A stretch of 64,000 nt of DNA from the NCBI GenBank assembly GCA_040902205.1, contig JBBDXR010000014.1:52166-116165 (forward strand), in the 5' to 3' direction. The notes below the pieces were generated by a model that did no database searches, had not been told where the DNA came from, and saw only the letters and a list, made by a program, of their open reading frames with translations. Every line of letters begins with the position of its first letter. Position 1 is the stretch's first letter. Made by a program: the position numbers and the translations under genes. The DNA is from Anaerolineales bacterium. GTDB taxonomy: Bacteria; Chloroflexota; Anaerolineae; Anaerolineales; UBA11579. Of the stretch, positions 38,452-50,983 are shown piece by piece.

Positions 38452-40698
38452 TTATTCTGAGAAAGCCGGGGCATCGAAGTCGGCGCGCCAGATGCCTTCC
38501 GCGGTCAGGGACATCACCCCACCGGTGACGTTCACCAGGTTGATGAAGGTCTGCCCGGGGGCCAGCGGGAAGGGTTCACCGTTGAGCTCGAAGTGGACGG
38601 GGATGGGCTGGTCGCGGTCGGTAATGTAGTCGGGGAACTGCGTGGACCATTCGAGTTCGAACACCTGCCCGTTGCGGAACAAGTAGGCCTTGCCACGCGC
38701 CGAGGTCATCTCCAGGTTGATGATGGTTACATCTGAGTTCTGCGCGGTGTGCGGCACCACCAACACCACCACATTCTCGAAGGTCAGCGTTTCGCCGGTC
38801 AGCCGGTCGGTCATCACATCGAAGTTCTGGGTGCCTGGTTCCACGAGCTCCCACAGGTAGGCGCCGAGTTGCGCATCGTAGACGAAGTGGCTGATGTTGT
38901 TTACGTTGTACTCGACGAACAACTCCTGGCCGCCCTCGCCGCCTTCGCCGAATTCCGAGGGCAGCTCGCCGCAGAACAGGTTGCCGCTCAAATTGGGCTC
39001 GGCGCAGGCGCCTTGGGTGTTGTTGGCCGCGATGGTCTGCAGGCGGGTCACATCCAGCCCGGCCCCGCCGATGTTGTTCGGGTCCTCGCCGAAAGCGGAG
39101 CCGCAGGTATTGATCAGCTGCGCCACCGTCGGGTCGGCGCCTGCCGTGATCAGGCAGCCGCAGTAGTTGACCTGCAGGTCCTGATAAGCCACGCGCCCGG
39201 AGCGCAAGCCCTCGATGCGATAGGCCTTGCGCACGCCGGCATCGAAATTGAGCTGCTCATTGATATCTTCATCCGTGGGATCGAAGAAGTCGGTGTAACC
39301 CAGGCCGGTCACGTCGCTGTCGATGGCGTCGTCACCCAGGTCCTTGTTCACCCAGTAGTAATCTCCGATGGAAGGCGGAGCGCCAAAGCGGATCTGGAAT
39401 TCGGTATTGATCTCCACGTCGTTCAAGGCAAAGTAATAGTTGCCTTGTGCATCCGTGGTCGTCGTCTCCACGGTGTTCAGGTTGATGTCAACCAGGCGGA
39501 CGGGCACATCCGGCACGCCGGGTTCACCCAGGTCTTGCAGGTGATTGCCGTTCGAGTCGAACCAGACGCGGTCGCCGATCAGATATTGGAAGTCGGCGGG
39601 CGCCGCGGCGCCCTCACCCGTGCCGGGGTCGTAATCCGGCTGCGGGAACTGGCCGTAGAAGCCGGCCATCAGGCGCGTGTCGCCCTCGCCGATGTAGAGC
39701 TGATAAATGATGGGGGAAACCGACAGCCCGGTCGGCGGGCGCACGGAGGGCGGGAAGATGGAAATGGAAAGGAAGACGGGCCGGTAGGTCAGCAGGGTCG
39801 GGTCGTCCACCGGCAAGCCCGAGAGTGGTGAATAGCCCTCAGGGAACTCGGAAGCCAGTGGGCCATAGCAGGCGGCCGCGGCGGCTTGGGTGTAGAAACC
39901 GGCGTCTAGGTCCTGGCCGCTTTCGGCCAGCTCGAACGGATCTGTCTCGCCGGTTTCCGGGTCGGCGTCGCTATCAGCGGCGTCATCGCCCGCGTCCATC
40001 AGCGAGCCCAGGTATTCCGTAGAAGGCGTAAAGATCAGGTGATATTCCTGGCCTGCAGCCACCTCTTCGAACAGGTAAAGGCCTTCGGGGCTGGTAGCTG
40101 TATCTGCGACCAGATTGCCATTGGCATCCACCAGATTAATGGCCACATCAGGCAGCGGCGGTTCATCTTCGTCTTGCAGCCCGTTGGCATTACCATCGAT
40201 CCAGGCAAAGCCGCCAATGGCGGCGACTGTTGGCGCCTGCTCAACAACTACGGAGGGCGCCTCAGTTTCAGGATCCGGTATGGAAATAAGGCCGGCGTCG
40301 ATATGGTCGACAGTACCTAGCGTGTAAGTTGCCGTCAGGCCCGTAGCGGGATCGACGTCGCTATCCAACGCATCATCGCCGCCCTGATCTTGAAGTGTGA
40401 ACATCAAACCCCCTGGCGCTTCGAAGCCCAGGTAGAAATCCTGGGACCCAGCCTGCACAGAGAGGCCATACACGCCGCTACCGTCCGTGACAGTACTCGT
40501 AACGACACCGTCATCGCTGGCGCGATACAAAGTGACTTCCACTTCGCCAAGGCCAGGCTCGCCCGCATCCTGGATGCCGTTGCCGTTTGCATCAAGCCAG
40601 ACGAAATTACCAGCACCGACACAACCCGCCAATAGTGCGGAAAGCGCGGCGAATGTGAGATAAGGAAGATGCTTTTTGTTCAAGCGAGGGATATTCAT
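38452..40698 (-). CDS. Lipoprotein with three SdrD B-like domains and DUF3048 domains
   Basis: Lipobox LAGC; three G(N/G/D)xxWxDxNxNxxQD...DSD...DAG repeats; SPLSGLPV, RSGR, DRLTGETLTFENVVVL. Confidence 0.8.
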   Translation of the reverse strand: MNIPRLNKKHLPYLTFAALSALLAGCVGAGNFVWLDANGNGIQDAGEPGLGEVEVTLYRASDDGVVTSTVTDGSGVYGLSVQAGSQDFYLGFEAPGGLMFTLQDQGGDDALDSDVDPATGLTATYTLGTVDHIDAGLISIPDPETEAPSVVVEQAPTVAAIGGFAWIDGNANGLQDEDEPPLPDVAINLVDANGNLVADTATSPEGLYLFEEVAAGQEYHLIFTPSTEYLGSLMDAGDDAADSDADPETGETDPFELAESGQDLDAGFYTQAAAAACYGPLASEFPEGYSPLSGLPVDDPTLLTYRPVFLSISIFPPSVRPPTGLSVSPIIYQLYIGEGDTRLMAGFYGQFPQPDYDPGTGEGAAAPADFQYLIGDRVWFDSNGNHLQDLGEPGVPDVPVRLVDINLNTVETTTTDAQGNYYFALNDVEINTEFQIRFGAPPSIGDYYWVNKDLGDDAIDSDVTGLGYTDFFDPTDEDINEQLNFDAGVRKAYRIEGLRSGRVAYQDLQVNYCGCLITAGADPTVAQLINTCGSAFGEDPNNIGGAGLDVTRLQTIAANNTQGACAEPNLSGNLFCGELPSEFGEGGEGGQELFVEYNVNNISHFVYDAQLGAYLWELVEPGTQNFDVMTDRLTGETLTFENVVVLVVPHTAQNSDVTIINLEMTSARGKAYLFRNGQVFELEWSTQFPDYITDRDQPIPVHFELNGEPFPLAPGQTFINLVNVTGGVMSLTAEGIWRADFDAPAFSE

Positions 40699-40875
40699 TG
40701 CGAACCTCGTAGGCAGATTGAGTTGTATGAACATTCTATCATCGGCGTTTGTTCATCGGATTAGAAAAACCGCGCCTGGCCCTATAGATTAGAGTCCCGC
40801 GCAGGGGAAATACTTCATTTTCGGCGGTGATAGACCCTGAGGAGGCGGGCGGTATAATCGGCGATTGGAGCCTGA

Positions 40876-43575
<2,700 letters not shown>

Positions 43576-43929
43576 GGTCGCGTGGCATTCCGAACGGGAC
43601 ATTAATTCAACACCCGATCCCACGATCACATGGTCTTATTTGCAGAACGGGATTCGTTCAGAGAGATTTGGCCCTGAGGATTCTTCGGCTTTCTTGATTC
43701 CGTATCCGGGCGAATCAGGAATTGCCGCCTCAGAGTAACGGACCCCGCCGCAAGCGGCGGGACTTTGCGGTTTTGTTCAAGTTCATGTCCAATATTCTCA
43801 GCCATGCCTCCATTGACCTTCGCCTCAGTGAAAGCGCGGAAAAACAGACGCTAGCATTACCCTTCGCTGGGTTCTCGCTTTGCTCGAAGCCCTGGCTCAG
43901 GGTGGCACAGAAAAGAATAGTCATGTGCA

Positions 43930-44078
43930 TTCCCCACCCTTTCTCCAGTTTTCCTTCCCTGGAGGGAAAAACAACCCCCGCTTTCCTCCACCGCCCCAAG
44001 GGGCCGGGTATCCGGCGGGGGAAGACTCTTCATGACACTTAATTCAAAACTCCGCCTTGCGGCGGAGTTTTTGTTTTT
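43930..44078 (+). ncRNA. Candidate small RNA with C/U-rich loops
   Basis: Two stem-loops display TTTTCCTTCC and TTTCCTCC, followed by a terminator. Confidence 0.35.
44046..44078. terminator. Bidirectional intrinsic terminator
   Basis: aaaactccgcc-ttgc-ggcggagtttttgttttt. Confidence 0.8.
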
Positions 44079-45552
44079 AGCTTTCCTTCAAGTGATCGCG
44101 CCCATCCGGGCCGGGGTCGTAACTCATCGGACCCTGCGGCACTTTCGGGTCGATCTCCAGGTCACCGGAATCCATAGCCTCCCAGATCAACTGGAAGGGC
44201 ACCTTGCCGGCCTGCCACTTCTCCGCCATCACCACGCCGTGGCCGGGCAGCACGGTGAAGGCGAGCTGGCGCGGGTCTTCCGGGTTGCGCAGCGACTCGG
44301 CGCGGCTGAAAGCCGCCTTGATGCCGCGCGCCTGCGCTTCCGTAGCGCATGAGACCAGGTAATGGTAATAAGGCGGGTCCAGCGGCACGTATTCCACCAG
44401 CTTGGGGTTGAAGGCTTTCACCCCGCGATGGCCGTGCAGTTTGGAGCGCACCACCGGCACCTCGGTCTTCAGGCCCACGGTCTCATGCTGAATGCGCGGC
44501 AGCAAATGGTCCATGTCCATCATCTCGACGGCTTCCGAAGAAGGCGGATCGTTGCGCTTGCCTTCCACGTGCCGCACCTGGGCGCCGGCCCCGTTGGGGC
44601 GCACGCCCACGATAACCGCTAGGTCATCGTCGGTGAGGCGGCCCTTGTGCACCGGCCGCGCGGACCCCGTCACCGTGGCGATCAGCGCGTCGACGCGCGG
44701 ATCCCAGGTGGCAAAGCAGCCTTCGCTGTATTGCTTGGCCACGCCTTCGTTCACCGCCGGCACTTGCACCAGGTCTTCGATGCGCACCATGTCGGTGAAG
44801 AAGCCGCGCTGGCCGATCTCCTGTCCGCCGCGGCGCATGGCCTCCGGCGTGCTCATGCTCTCCCAGATTTCGCGCTCAACGACCGGCTCGAGCAGCTCGT
44901 GGTCGGTGACCTCGGTGGTGCTTTCCGTTGTCACAATGCGCAAGGCGATATCCGCGTAGAAGGCTTCGGGGTTGGTGTTGATGCTGACCGGGAAAGCGCC
45001 CACCAGATCGAAGTGATACACGCGCTCGGGGTGCTTATCGCCCACCAGGAGCAGGATGCGGATGCTTTTGGCCTGCGCCTGCATCATGCGCGACAGCGAT
45101 AGGATGGGGCCGCCCCGGGCGCCCTGGTCGATTAGCACGCGCGGTGCGGTGGGCGAAAGGCCTTCGAATAGGAAATCCTCGTCTCGGATCGGCTTCTTGG
45201 CCAGCGCCTCGCGGAAATGCTCCATGCGCTGCTCGAATTCTTTAGGCGAGATCTGGATGATCGTGTAGAGGACGGGGGAATGCTTGAGATTGAATTTGCG
45301 CCGCGCCATGAAGAACAACGCCTCGCGCCAGGGGATGGCCTTGCCGAACGGCGACGTAGTGAACAGCACCTTGGTCTCACTGGTGGGTGCGTCCGCCACC
45401 TTATGGCCCAGGTCGCGGAAGCGGGCTAGCAGACCCTGGCTGAACTCCTCCAGCACCGGCGACATGGGGCCGGGCGCGAAGGAAACCTCGATCTTTTTCA
45501 ACCAGGCGTGGGTGGGATTGGTTACTTTAGGGGAAGCTTTTGTTGCTTGCAT
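44077..45552 (-). CDS. Hypothetical protein with a class II aldolase-like C-terminal domain
   Basis: PSSE, KLHGHRG and LPGHGVV His pattern. Confidence 0.6.
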   Translation of the reverse strand: MQATKASPKVTNPTHAWLKKIEVSFAPGPMSPVLEEFSQGLLARFRDLGHKVADAPTSETKVLFTTSPFGKAIPWREALFFMARRKFNLKHSPVLYTIIQISPKEFEQRMEHFREALAKKPIRDEDFLFEGLSPTAPRVLIDQGARGGPILSLSRMMQAQAKSIRILLLVGDKHPERVYHFDLVGAFPVSINTNPEAFYADIALRIVTTESTTEVTDHELLEPVVEREIWESMSTPEAMRRGGQEIGQRGFFTDMVRIEDLVQVPAVNEGVAKQYSEGCFATWDPRVDALIATVTGSARPVHKGRLTDDDLAVIVGVRPNGAGAQVRHVEGKRNDPPSSEAVEMMDMDHLLPRIQHETVGLKTEVPVVRSKLHGHRGVKAFNPKLVEYVPLDPPYYHYLVSCATEAQARGIKAAFSRAESLRNPEDPRQLAFTVLPGHGVVMAEKWQAGKVPFQLIWEAMDSGDLEIDPKVPQGPMSYDPGPDGRDHLKES

Positions 45553-45614
45553 AGGCGGGAACCTCCGCTGACGGGCTGTTAAGTATAATACCGCGGAACT
45601 TCCCCGGTTCTGCT

Positions 45615-46382
45615 ATGCACATCCTGGTAACCAACGACGACGGCATCCTGCACCCCGGCCTACTGGCCCTGGTAACCAGCATGCGCCAGGTGGGTGAGGT
45701 CACCGTGCTGGCCCCGGACCACAACTGGTCCGCCTCCGGGCACGTCAAGACCCTGCACCGCCCGCTGCGCGTGCGCCCCACGAAGATGCTGGATGGCTCC
45801 CCGGCCTTCATGAGCGACGGCGCCCCTTCGGATTGCGTAGCGCTGGCACTGCTGGGCTACATCGACAAGAAGATCGATCTGGTGGTCTCGGGCATCAACC
45901 CCTACGCCAACATCGGCGACGATGTGACCTACTCCGGCACGGTGACCGCCGCCATGGAAGCCGCCATCGGCGGCATTCCCGGCATCGCCTTCTCGCTGGA
46001 TACGGCCGTCAATTTCCAGGGCGACAAGGATTTTTCGGCAGCGGCCGCCTTTGCCAGGCGCATCGCCGCCCGAGTGGCGGCCGAGGGTCTGCCGCGCAAT
46101 ACGCTGCTGAACGTCAATGTGCCCGCCTTGCCGCTGGAGCAGATCAAGGGCGTACGCGTGACGCGCATGGGCTTGCGCGTATACCGCGATGAACTGGTGC
46201 GCCGCGATGACCCGCAGGGCAACCCCTATTACTGGATCGGCGGCGAGGCGCCCACCGGCGTGCCCGAAGAAGGCACGGACGTCGGCGCGCTCAACGAAGG
46301 CTACGTGTCAGTGACGCCGCTGCACATGGATATGACCGCTTACAACTTCCTGGATGAGATCCAGGAATGGAAGTGGGACTGA
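45615..46382 (+). CDS. surE: 5'/3'-nucleotidase SurE
   Basis: ILVTNDDGI, VVSGIN, YSGTVTAAME, SVTPL. Confidence 0.95.
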   Translation: MHILVTNDDGILHPGLLALVTSMRQVGEVTVLAPDHNWSASGHVKTLHRPLRVRPTKMLDGSPAFMSDGAPSDCVALALLGYIDKKIDLVVSGINPYANIGDDVTYSGTVTAAMEAAIGGIPGIAFSLDTAVNFQGDKDFSAAAAFARRIAARVAAEGLPRNTLLNVNVPALPLEQIKGVRVTRMGLRVYRDELVRRDDPQGNPYYWIGGEAPTGVPEEGTDVGALNEGYVSVTPLHMDMTAYNFLDEIQEWKWD

Positions 46383-46422
46383 GGTAAAAGGCAGTGCTGG
46401 GGGGTTGTGATAGGATGAATAA

Positions 46423-46821
46423 ATGATCAGGGGATGGTTTGTTGTGGTCATCCTGATCTCTGTTGCATTCCTTTTCGCCGCATGTCAATCCGGGAATCCA
46501 GAGGAAACCACGCCCGCCGCAAAAGCGCTGGTGGCGTATTTGAACGCGTTGGTGGCCAAGGATGAGGCCGGGCTAACGCTGCTCTCCTGCGCTGACTGGG
46601 AGGCCAATGCCTTGCTGGAGCTGGACTCCTTTCAATCCGTTGAGACCCACCTGGAAGGGCTAAGCTGCCAGCAAACCGCATCCACCGAGGGGTCGGCGAC
46701 GGTTATTTGCCAGGGCGCCATTGTCACCAGCTACGGCGACGAGGTGCAGGAGTTCGACCTTAGCGAGCGCACCTATCGCCTGGTGCAGCAAGGCAGCGAT
46801 TGGCTGGTGTGTGGTTATTAA
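46423..46821 (+). CDS. Lipoprotein (possibly NTF2-like) with four additional Cys
   Basis: Lipobox FAAC; C-terminal WLVCGY. Confidence 0.7.
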   Translation: MIRGWFVVVILISVAFLFAACQSGNPEETTPAAKALVAYLNALVAKDEAGLTLLSCADWEANALLELDSFQSVETHLEGLSCQQTASTEGSATVICQGAIVTSYGDEVQEFDLSERTYRLVQQGSDWLVCGY

Positions 46822-46852
46822 AAGGGCGGGTAAGAGGGAGGCGCGATCGAAC

Positions 46853-47785
46853 GTGAATTTGCATAACCGCTATTTCCTGACCGCCATCTTATTCTTAGCG
46901 CTGCTTTCCGGCTGCGTGGGAAACAATACAGCAGCAGGCAACGTTGCCGCAAATACGCCGCTGCCAACAAGCACTATCACCAGCCGGCCAACACAGACCA
47001 CGCCAGCAAGTACAGCCGGCAGCGCCACGCCCACACCCGCTGCCCAGCCTGCGGCAAGCGAAGTTAGCAGCGCGACCCCGGCGGCGACGGCCGACTGGAA
47101 ATCCTGGCCGATGTTGCCCACCGTGTCAGCAGAGTTGAAGGCCGTCTACCAACTAGGATTGGAAAACGGCAACGATCCACATGCTTTCTCCATCCTTGGC
47201 GACTGCCAGAGCCAACCGGACGTGTTCCTGGGGCTGTACGACAGCGATCCTGCGGCCGTAGCCGACTTGCCGGATCATTTGCAGGAGACCGTCCGCTTTT
47301 TTTCGGGCTCCTTCGATCGCTACAGCCCAACCGTAAAAGACGCCACCACCACAGGGGCGCTGCTCTGGGGCGAATGGAACGATAACAAGGAAGGGCTGTG
47401 CGAGCCCGGCGAGACACCTCTGGACTGCGAACTGCGCGTGCACCGCCCCAGCATCGTGATCATCCATATCGGCACGCATTGGGAAACGCGAAATTACAAA
47501 TACCTGACCATCATTGTCGAGAAGATCATCGAGCACGGCGCGGTGCCCGTGCTGGCCACCAAGGCGGATGACCGGGAGCTCGACGAGCGCGTCAACGAAG
47601 ATGTGGCCGCGCTGGCCGAGGAGCTAGGCCTGCCGGTATGGAACTTCTGGGCTGCGGTGCAAGGCTTGACAATCGGCGGCTTGGACCCCGACAGCACCTG
47701 GGAGCTGACCGGCGAAGCCTTGGAGATCCATCGCCTGTCCGCCCTGGAAGCACTGGACGCGGTGTGGCGGGCGGTGACGGACTAA
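46853..47785 (+). CDS. SGNH/GDSL-like lipoprotein
   Basis: Lipobox LSGC, Thr/Pro linker, FSILGDCQS, IHIGTH, PVLATKAD. Confidence 0.65.
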   Translation: MNLHNRYFLTAILFLALLSGCVGNNTAAGNVAANTPLPTSTITSRPTQTTPASTAGSATPTPAAQPAASEVSSATPAATADWKSWPMLPTVSAELKAVYQLGLENGNDPHAFSILGDCQSQPDVFLGLYDSDPAAVADLPDHLQETVRFFSGSFDRYSPTVKDATTTGALLWGEWNDNKEGLCEPGETPLDCELRVHRPSIVIIHIGTHWETRNYKYLTIIVEKIIEHGAVPVLATKADDRELDERVNEDVAALAEELGLPVWNFWAAVQGLTIGGLDPDSTWELTGEALEIHRLSALEALDAVWRAVTD

Positions 47786-47824
47786 ATACTACTGATTTAT
47801 TATTTCGAGTGAGCCCATGGTTGC

Positions 47825-47855
47825 AGAAGGTACCAGGTCGAGCCTGGTACCTTCT
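47825..47855. repeat. Perfect palindrome
   Basis: agaaggtaccagg-tcgag-cctggtaccttct. Confidence 0.7.
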
Positions 47856-47909
47856 AGCAATCAGGTGACGAGAAATCCCTGTGAGGCCGCGCTTGCCATC
47901 TTACAAAAA

Positions 47910-47972
47910 AGGGATTCCTCGTCAGGCTGCGCCGCTAAAGGCGGCGCAAAGCGCCCTCGCTCGGAATGACAA
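47910..47972. repeat. 63-bp structured dispersed repeat, copy 1
   Basis: 59/63 identical to 53236-53298. Confidence 0.88.
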
Positions 47973-47982
47973 ACTATGTAGC

Positions 47983-49200
47983 CTAGGGTCTCCGGAACAC
48001 GAACTCGAAGCGCCAGCTACCATCTCCGGGAACCAGGCGGCTGTCTTCGTTCATGACCTCGAACCAGGTGGTGCCGGGCTTGAACGGGAAACGATCTCCA
48101 TTGGCATCCACCAGATAAACAACCTGGCCCTCCTCCACCACCCATTCTAATTCAAAGGCCTGCCCGTCGCGGAATGCGTAGGCCGGGCCGTGGCCGCTAA
48201 AGTCCATGTCCACGATCTCGATGGCCGGCTCAATCTCCGTGGCGGGGCGATAGAAAAAATGGAAATGGGGCACATAGAGCACCACGACGTTGTCGGCGGC
48301 GACCTGCTGGCCGTTCAGACGATCAGTTAGCGGCGCGTAGGCCTCATTGCGCAGACCCAGATCCTCTTGCATGTCCTGGTAGCGCAGGTAACGCCCGCTG
48401 TCCGCGTCGTAATCCCAATAGTCGTAGGCCGAATAGGAATAATAGTTGTAAATGCGCGCCACTCCTTGCCCGCCCTCGGGAGCGTTGGCAGCAAAAGTCA
48501 TGCCGCGCAGCTCGGGGCGCGTGTTGTTACCGCCGCGCGCCGCGGCATAGTCGCCGGCCGCATTGATGTCGGTTAGCAGGTAATCGCGGCCTTCCGGTTC
48601 AAAGCGGCACACCGGGCGCGGCGGGCACTCGCTTCCATCCAGCAGTCCGATGAGCAGAAAGGCACGGTGGTCGGCGTTGAGCCGGTCGAGGATACGCGGG
48701 TCGGCGCTGGCGAAGACCAAGATGTCCTGGTAGATCTCAGTAAGCAGACTGTCGAACATGCGGCCCGAACGGATGGGACCCACCAGCGCAGGACGCTGGC
48801 CGTAGAAGATGGCATAGAACCGCGTCAAGTCGTTGTTGTGATAGTACTCGTAGACAATATCAGCCAGCGAAAGCCCCCACTGCGGCCGCACAGAGCGCGG
48901 ATAGTTGCTGATCTTCACCGCCACTGGACGGCGATCCAGAATAGCCGGGTCGGCCACTTCCAAGCCGGTCAGAGGATTTACGTTATCGGAGAAAGCCAAC
49001 GGGTCTTTTTCCAGCTCGACGCCGGAGGGCGTGGCCGAAGGCTCCGGGCTGGCCGTGGGAGTCTCGGTGGGCAAAGGCGTTACGCTGGGAGTTGAACTGG
49101 GGGGAATTGGGGTGAGTGTCGGCGTGGCTGGTTGGCAGGCAGCGAGGAGCAGGCCGGCAACGAAAAGCACGATAGCGAAGCGATGGATGAGGCGGGGCAC
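47983..49200 (-). CDS. DUF3048 domain lipoprotein
   Basis: Lipobox LAAC, NPLTGL, RPVAVKISN, RPQWGLSLADIVYE, GPIRSGR. Confidence 0.88.
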   Translation of the reverse strand: MPRLIHRFAIVLFVAGLLLAACQPATPTLTPIPPSSTPSVTPLPTETPTASPEPSATPSGVELEKDPLAFSDNVNPLTGLEVADPAILDRRPVAVKISNYPRSVRPQWGLSLADIVYEYYHNNDLTRFYAIFYGQRPALVGPIRSGRMFDSLLTEIYQDILVFASADPRILDRLNADHRAFLLIGLLDGSECPPRPVCRFEPEGRDYLLTDINAAGDYAAARGGNNTRPELRGMTFAANAPEGGQGVARIYNYYSYSAYDYWDYDADSGRYLRYQDMQEDLGLRNEAYAPLTDRLNGQQVAADNVVVLYVPHFHFFYRPATEIEPAIEIVDMDFSGHGPAYAFRDGQAFELEWVVEEGQVVYLVDANGDRFPFKPGTTWFEVMNEDSRLVPGDGSWRFEFVFRRP

Positions 49201-49277
49201 GGCGGGAATCTTAGCCGAAATTGGGGAGGCTCGGGCAATGTTACAATGCCGCCGCATCAGGAAAACGGACGGCCACG

Positions 49278-49448
49278 ATGACGATCAGGAACAGCGAGAT
49301 CAACGGAAACCGCATTCTGCGCATCATTCTGCTGGCGGTGGGCGGGGTGCTGCTCTTAGCGGTGCTATGCTGCCTGTGTACGCTCGCCGTGGGCTGGTAC
49401 ACAGGAGATTTCATCGTCAACTTCCTGCGCAGCCTGTTCGGAACCTAA
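49278..49448 (+). CDS. Small membrane protein (56 aa) with CCxC
   Basis: Hydrophobic helix ending in LCCLC; TACAAT upstream. Confidence 0.55.
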   Translation: MTIRNSEINGNRILRIILLAVGGVLLLAVLCCLCTLAVGWYTGDFIVNFLRSLFGT

Positions 49449-49496
49449 AAGGGTCGGGTCTGGTTCGCGAGGCCACGCTTGCCGTGGCCTTATTAT

Positions 49497-49949
49497 TTAA
49501 AATCGTTCGGTGAAGATCCGCTGCAATTCGCGCAAGCCGCCCAGGGCTTTTTGCTGGATATCGGGAGGCAGGCCAAGCGCCTGGAATTCGTCTTCGTCGA
49601 GGACCACTTGGCGGCCATCGGGGTAGACCGCCAGGTCCAGCGCCAGATCGCGGAAAGCGATCAGGCTCTCACTGATCTCAGGTGGATAAGTCACGTTGCA
49701 ATACCAGCCCTTCAGGCGATCGTCGTCCCGGCCGCGGATCTCGTAGATGTTGTACCAATGATCTGAAAAATAGGTCTCGAGGAAACGGTCGCCTAAGTCC
49801 AGCGGGATATCCAGCAGGCTGCGGCCCTGCAAACCAAAACGTGCTTCGATAAGGATCTCCCCCGCCGAGCGCTTGAGCACTTTTCCCTCGTAGCGAAAGA
49901 CCTCGACCCCTTGAGGATTCTGTTTGCTGATGGCGATGTCATTCTTCAC
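49497..49949 (-). CDS. DUF402 domain protein
   Basis: WYNIYEI, GWYCNVT, DLALDL, VLDEDEF. Confidence 0.87.
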   Translation of the reverse strand: MKNDIAISKQNPQGVEVFRYEGKVLKRSAGEILIEARFGLQGRSLLDIPLDLGDRFLETYFSDHWYNIYEIRGRDDDRLKGWYCNVTYPPEISESLIAFRDLALDLAVYPDGRQVVLDEDEFQALGLPPDIQQKALGGLRELQRIFTERF

Positions 49950-50982
49950 GGGGAAACACCTGGATGGCTTTCTTGGGATCGAAACTCAATTGTACGCGGG
50001 CTCCGGCGCGGGGCAATTCCGCCGCCGAAGGCAACTCAATCACGAGTTGAGTTTTGCCCACCAATACCTTTGCGCGCAACATCTTGCCGCGGAAGCGCTT
50101 GCTCAACAACCTGCCCTTGAACTTCAGCGGCCCTTTGCCGCCCAGCTGGAAAGCATCCGGGCGCAGCAGTACTATCGCTTCACCCGTCAGCACCGCCCGG
50201 GGTGCAGGCAACTTGCCCAGTGGGGTTTCCAGCCACACACGCTTGGCGGATCTGACCACGGTGGCCGCAAACACATTCTCCAAACCGAGGAAGCGCGCCA
50301 CGAAAGCCGAGGCGGGATGGCGATAGAGTTCCTCCGGCCTATCCACCTGTGCCACGCGACCCGCGTTCAGCAGCACGATGCGGTCCGCGATGGCGTAGGC
50401 TTCTTCCTGGTCGTGGGTCACGTAAAGGCTGGTTTGCCCCGCCTGGCGCAAGATGGCGGCGAGATCCTCCAGCAGGCGAGTACGCAAGGCGCGGTCCAGC
50501 GAGCCGAGCGGCTCATCCAGCATGAGCAGGTGCGGCTGGGGCGCCAGAGCGCGGGCAAGAGCTACGCGCTGCTGCTCGCCACCGGAGAGCGTGGTCACGT
50601 CGCGGTGTTCGAAGCCCGAGAGGCCCACCAGACGGATGACTTCGTTGACACGGACAGCAATCTCTGCCTTATCCTTGCGGTGCATCTGCAGGCCGAAAGC
50701 GACGTTGCCGAACACGTCGCGATGAGGGAAGAGCGCGTAGTCCTGGAACATGAGGCCAAAGAGCCGGCGATGCGCCGGCACCGCGGCCATGTTTTTCTTG
50801 TTCCACAGCACCTGGCCGCGGTCCGGAACTTCGAGGCCGGCAATGATGGAGAGCAACGTGGATTTACCGCTGCCGCTGGGGCCAAGCAAGGCAACGATTT
50901 CGCCGCGCTTAACATCGAAGGAAACGCCGCTCAAGGCGGGCTTACCGGCGAAGGACTTGTAGATATTGCGCACGGTGAGCAT
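49939..50982 (-). CDS. Thiamine ABC transporter ATP-binding protein (ThiQ-like)
   Basis: GPSGSGKS, LSGGEQQR, LDEP; operon context. Confidence 0.85.
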   Translation of the reverse strand: MLTVRNIYKSFAGKPALSGVSFDVKRGEIVALLGPSGSGKSTLLSIIAGLEVPDRGQVLWNKKNMAAVPAHRRLFGLMFQDYALFPHRDVFGNVAFGLQMHRKDKAEIAVRVNEVIRLVGLSGFEHRDVTTLSGGEQQRVALARALAPQPHLLMLDEPLGSLDRALRTRLLEDLAAILRQAGQTSLYVTHDQEEAYAIADRIVLLNAGRVAQVDRPEELYRHPASAFVARFLGLENVFAATVVRSAKRVWLETPLGKLPAPRAVLTGEAIVLLRPDAFQLGGKGPLKFKGRLLSKRFRGKMLRAKVLVGKTQLVIELPSAAELPRAGARVQLSFDPKKAIQVFPREE

Positions 50983-50983
50983 G

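Noticed and set aside
33262-40698. Sortase plus SdrD-domain protein as an enzyme-substrate pair
   Set aside because: The SdrD protein has a lipobox and no C-terminal LPxTG-TM-basic sorting signal.
43980-43992. GGAGGAAAG on the minus strand as RNase P RNA
   Set aside because: It lacks the following GTCC and the 3' consensus, and the space is too short.
43722-44042. Short ORFs of 89-106 aa after acnA
   Set aside because: They are composed of repeat-derived sequence with no recognisable motifs.
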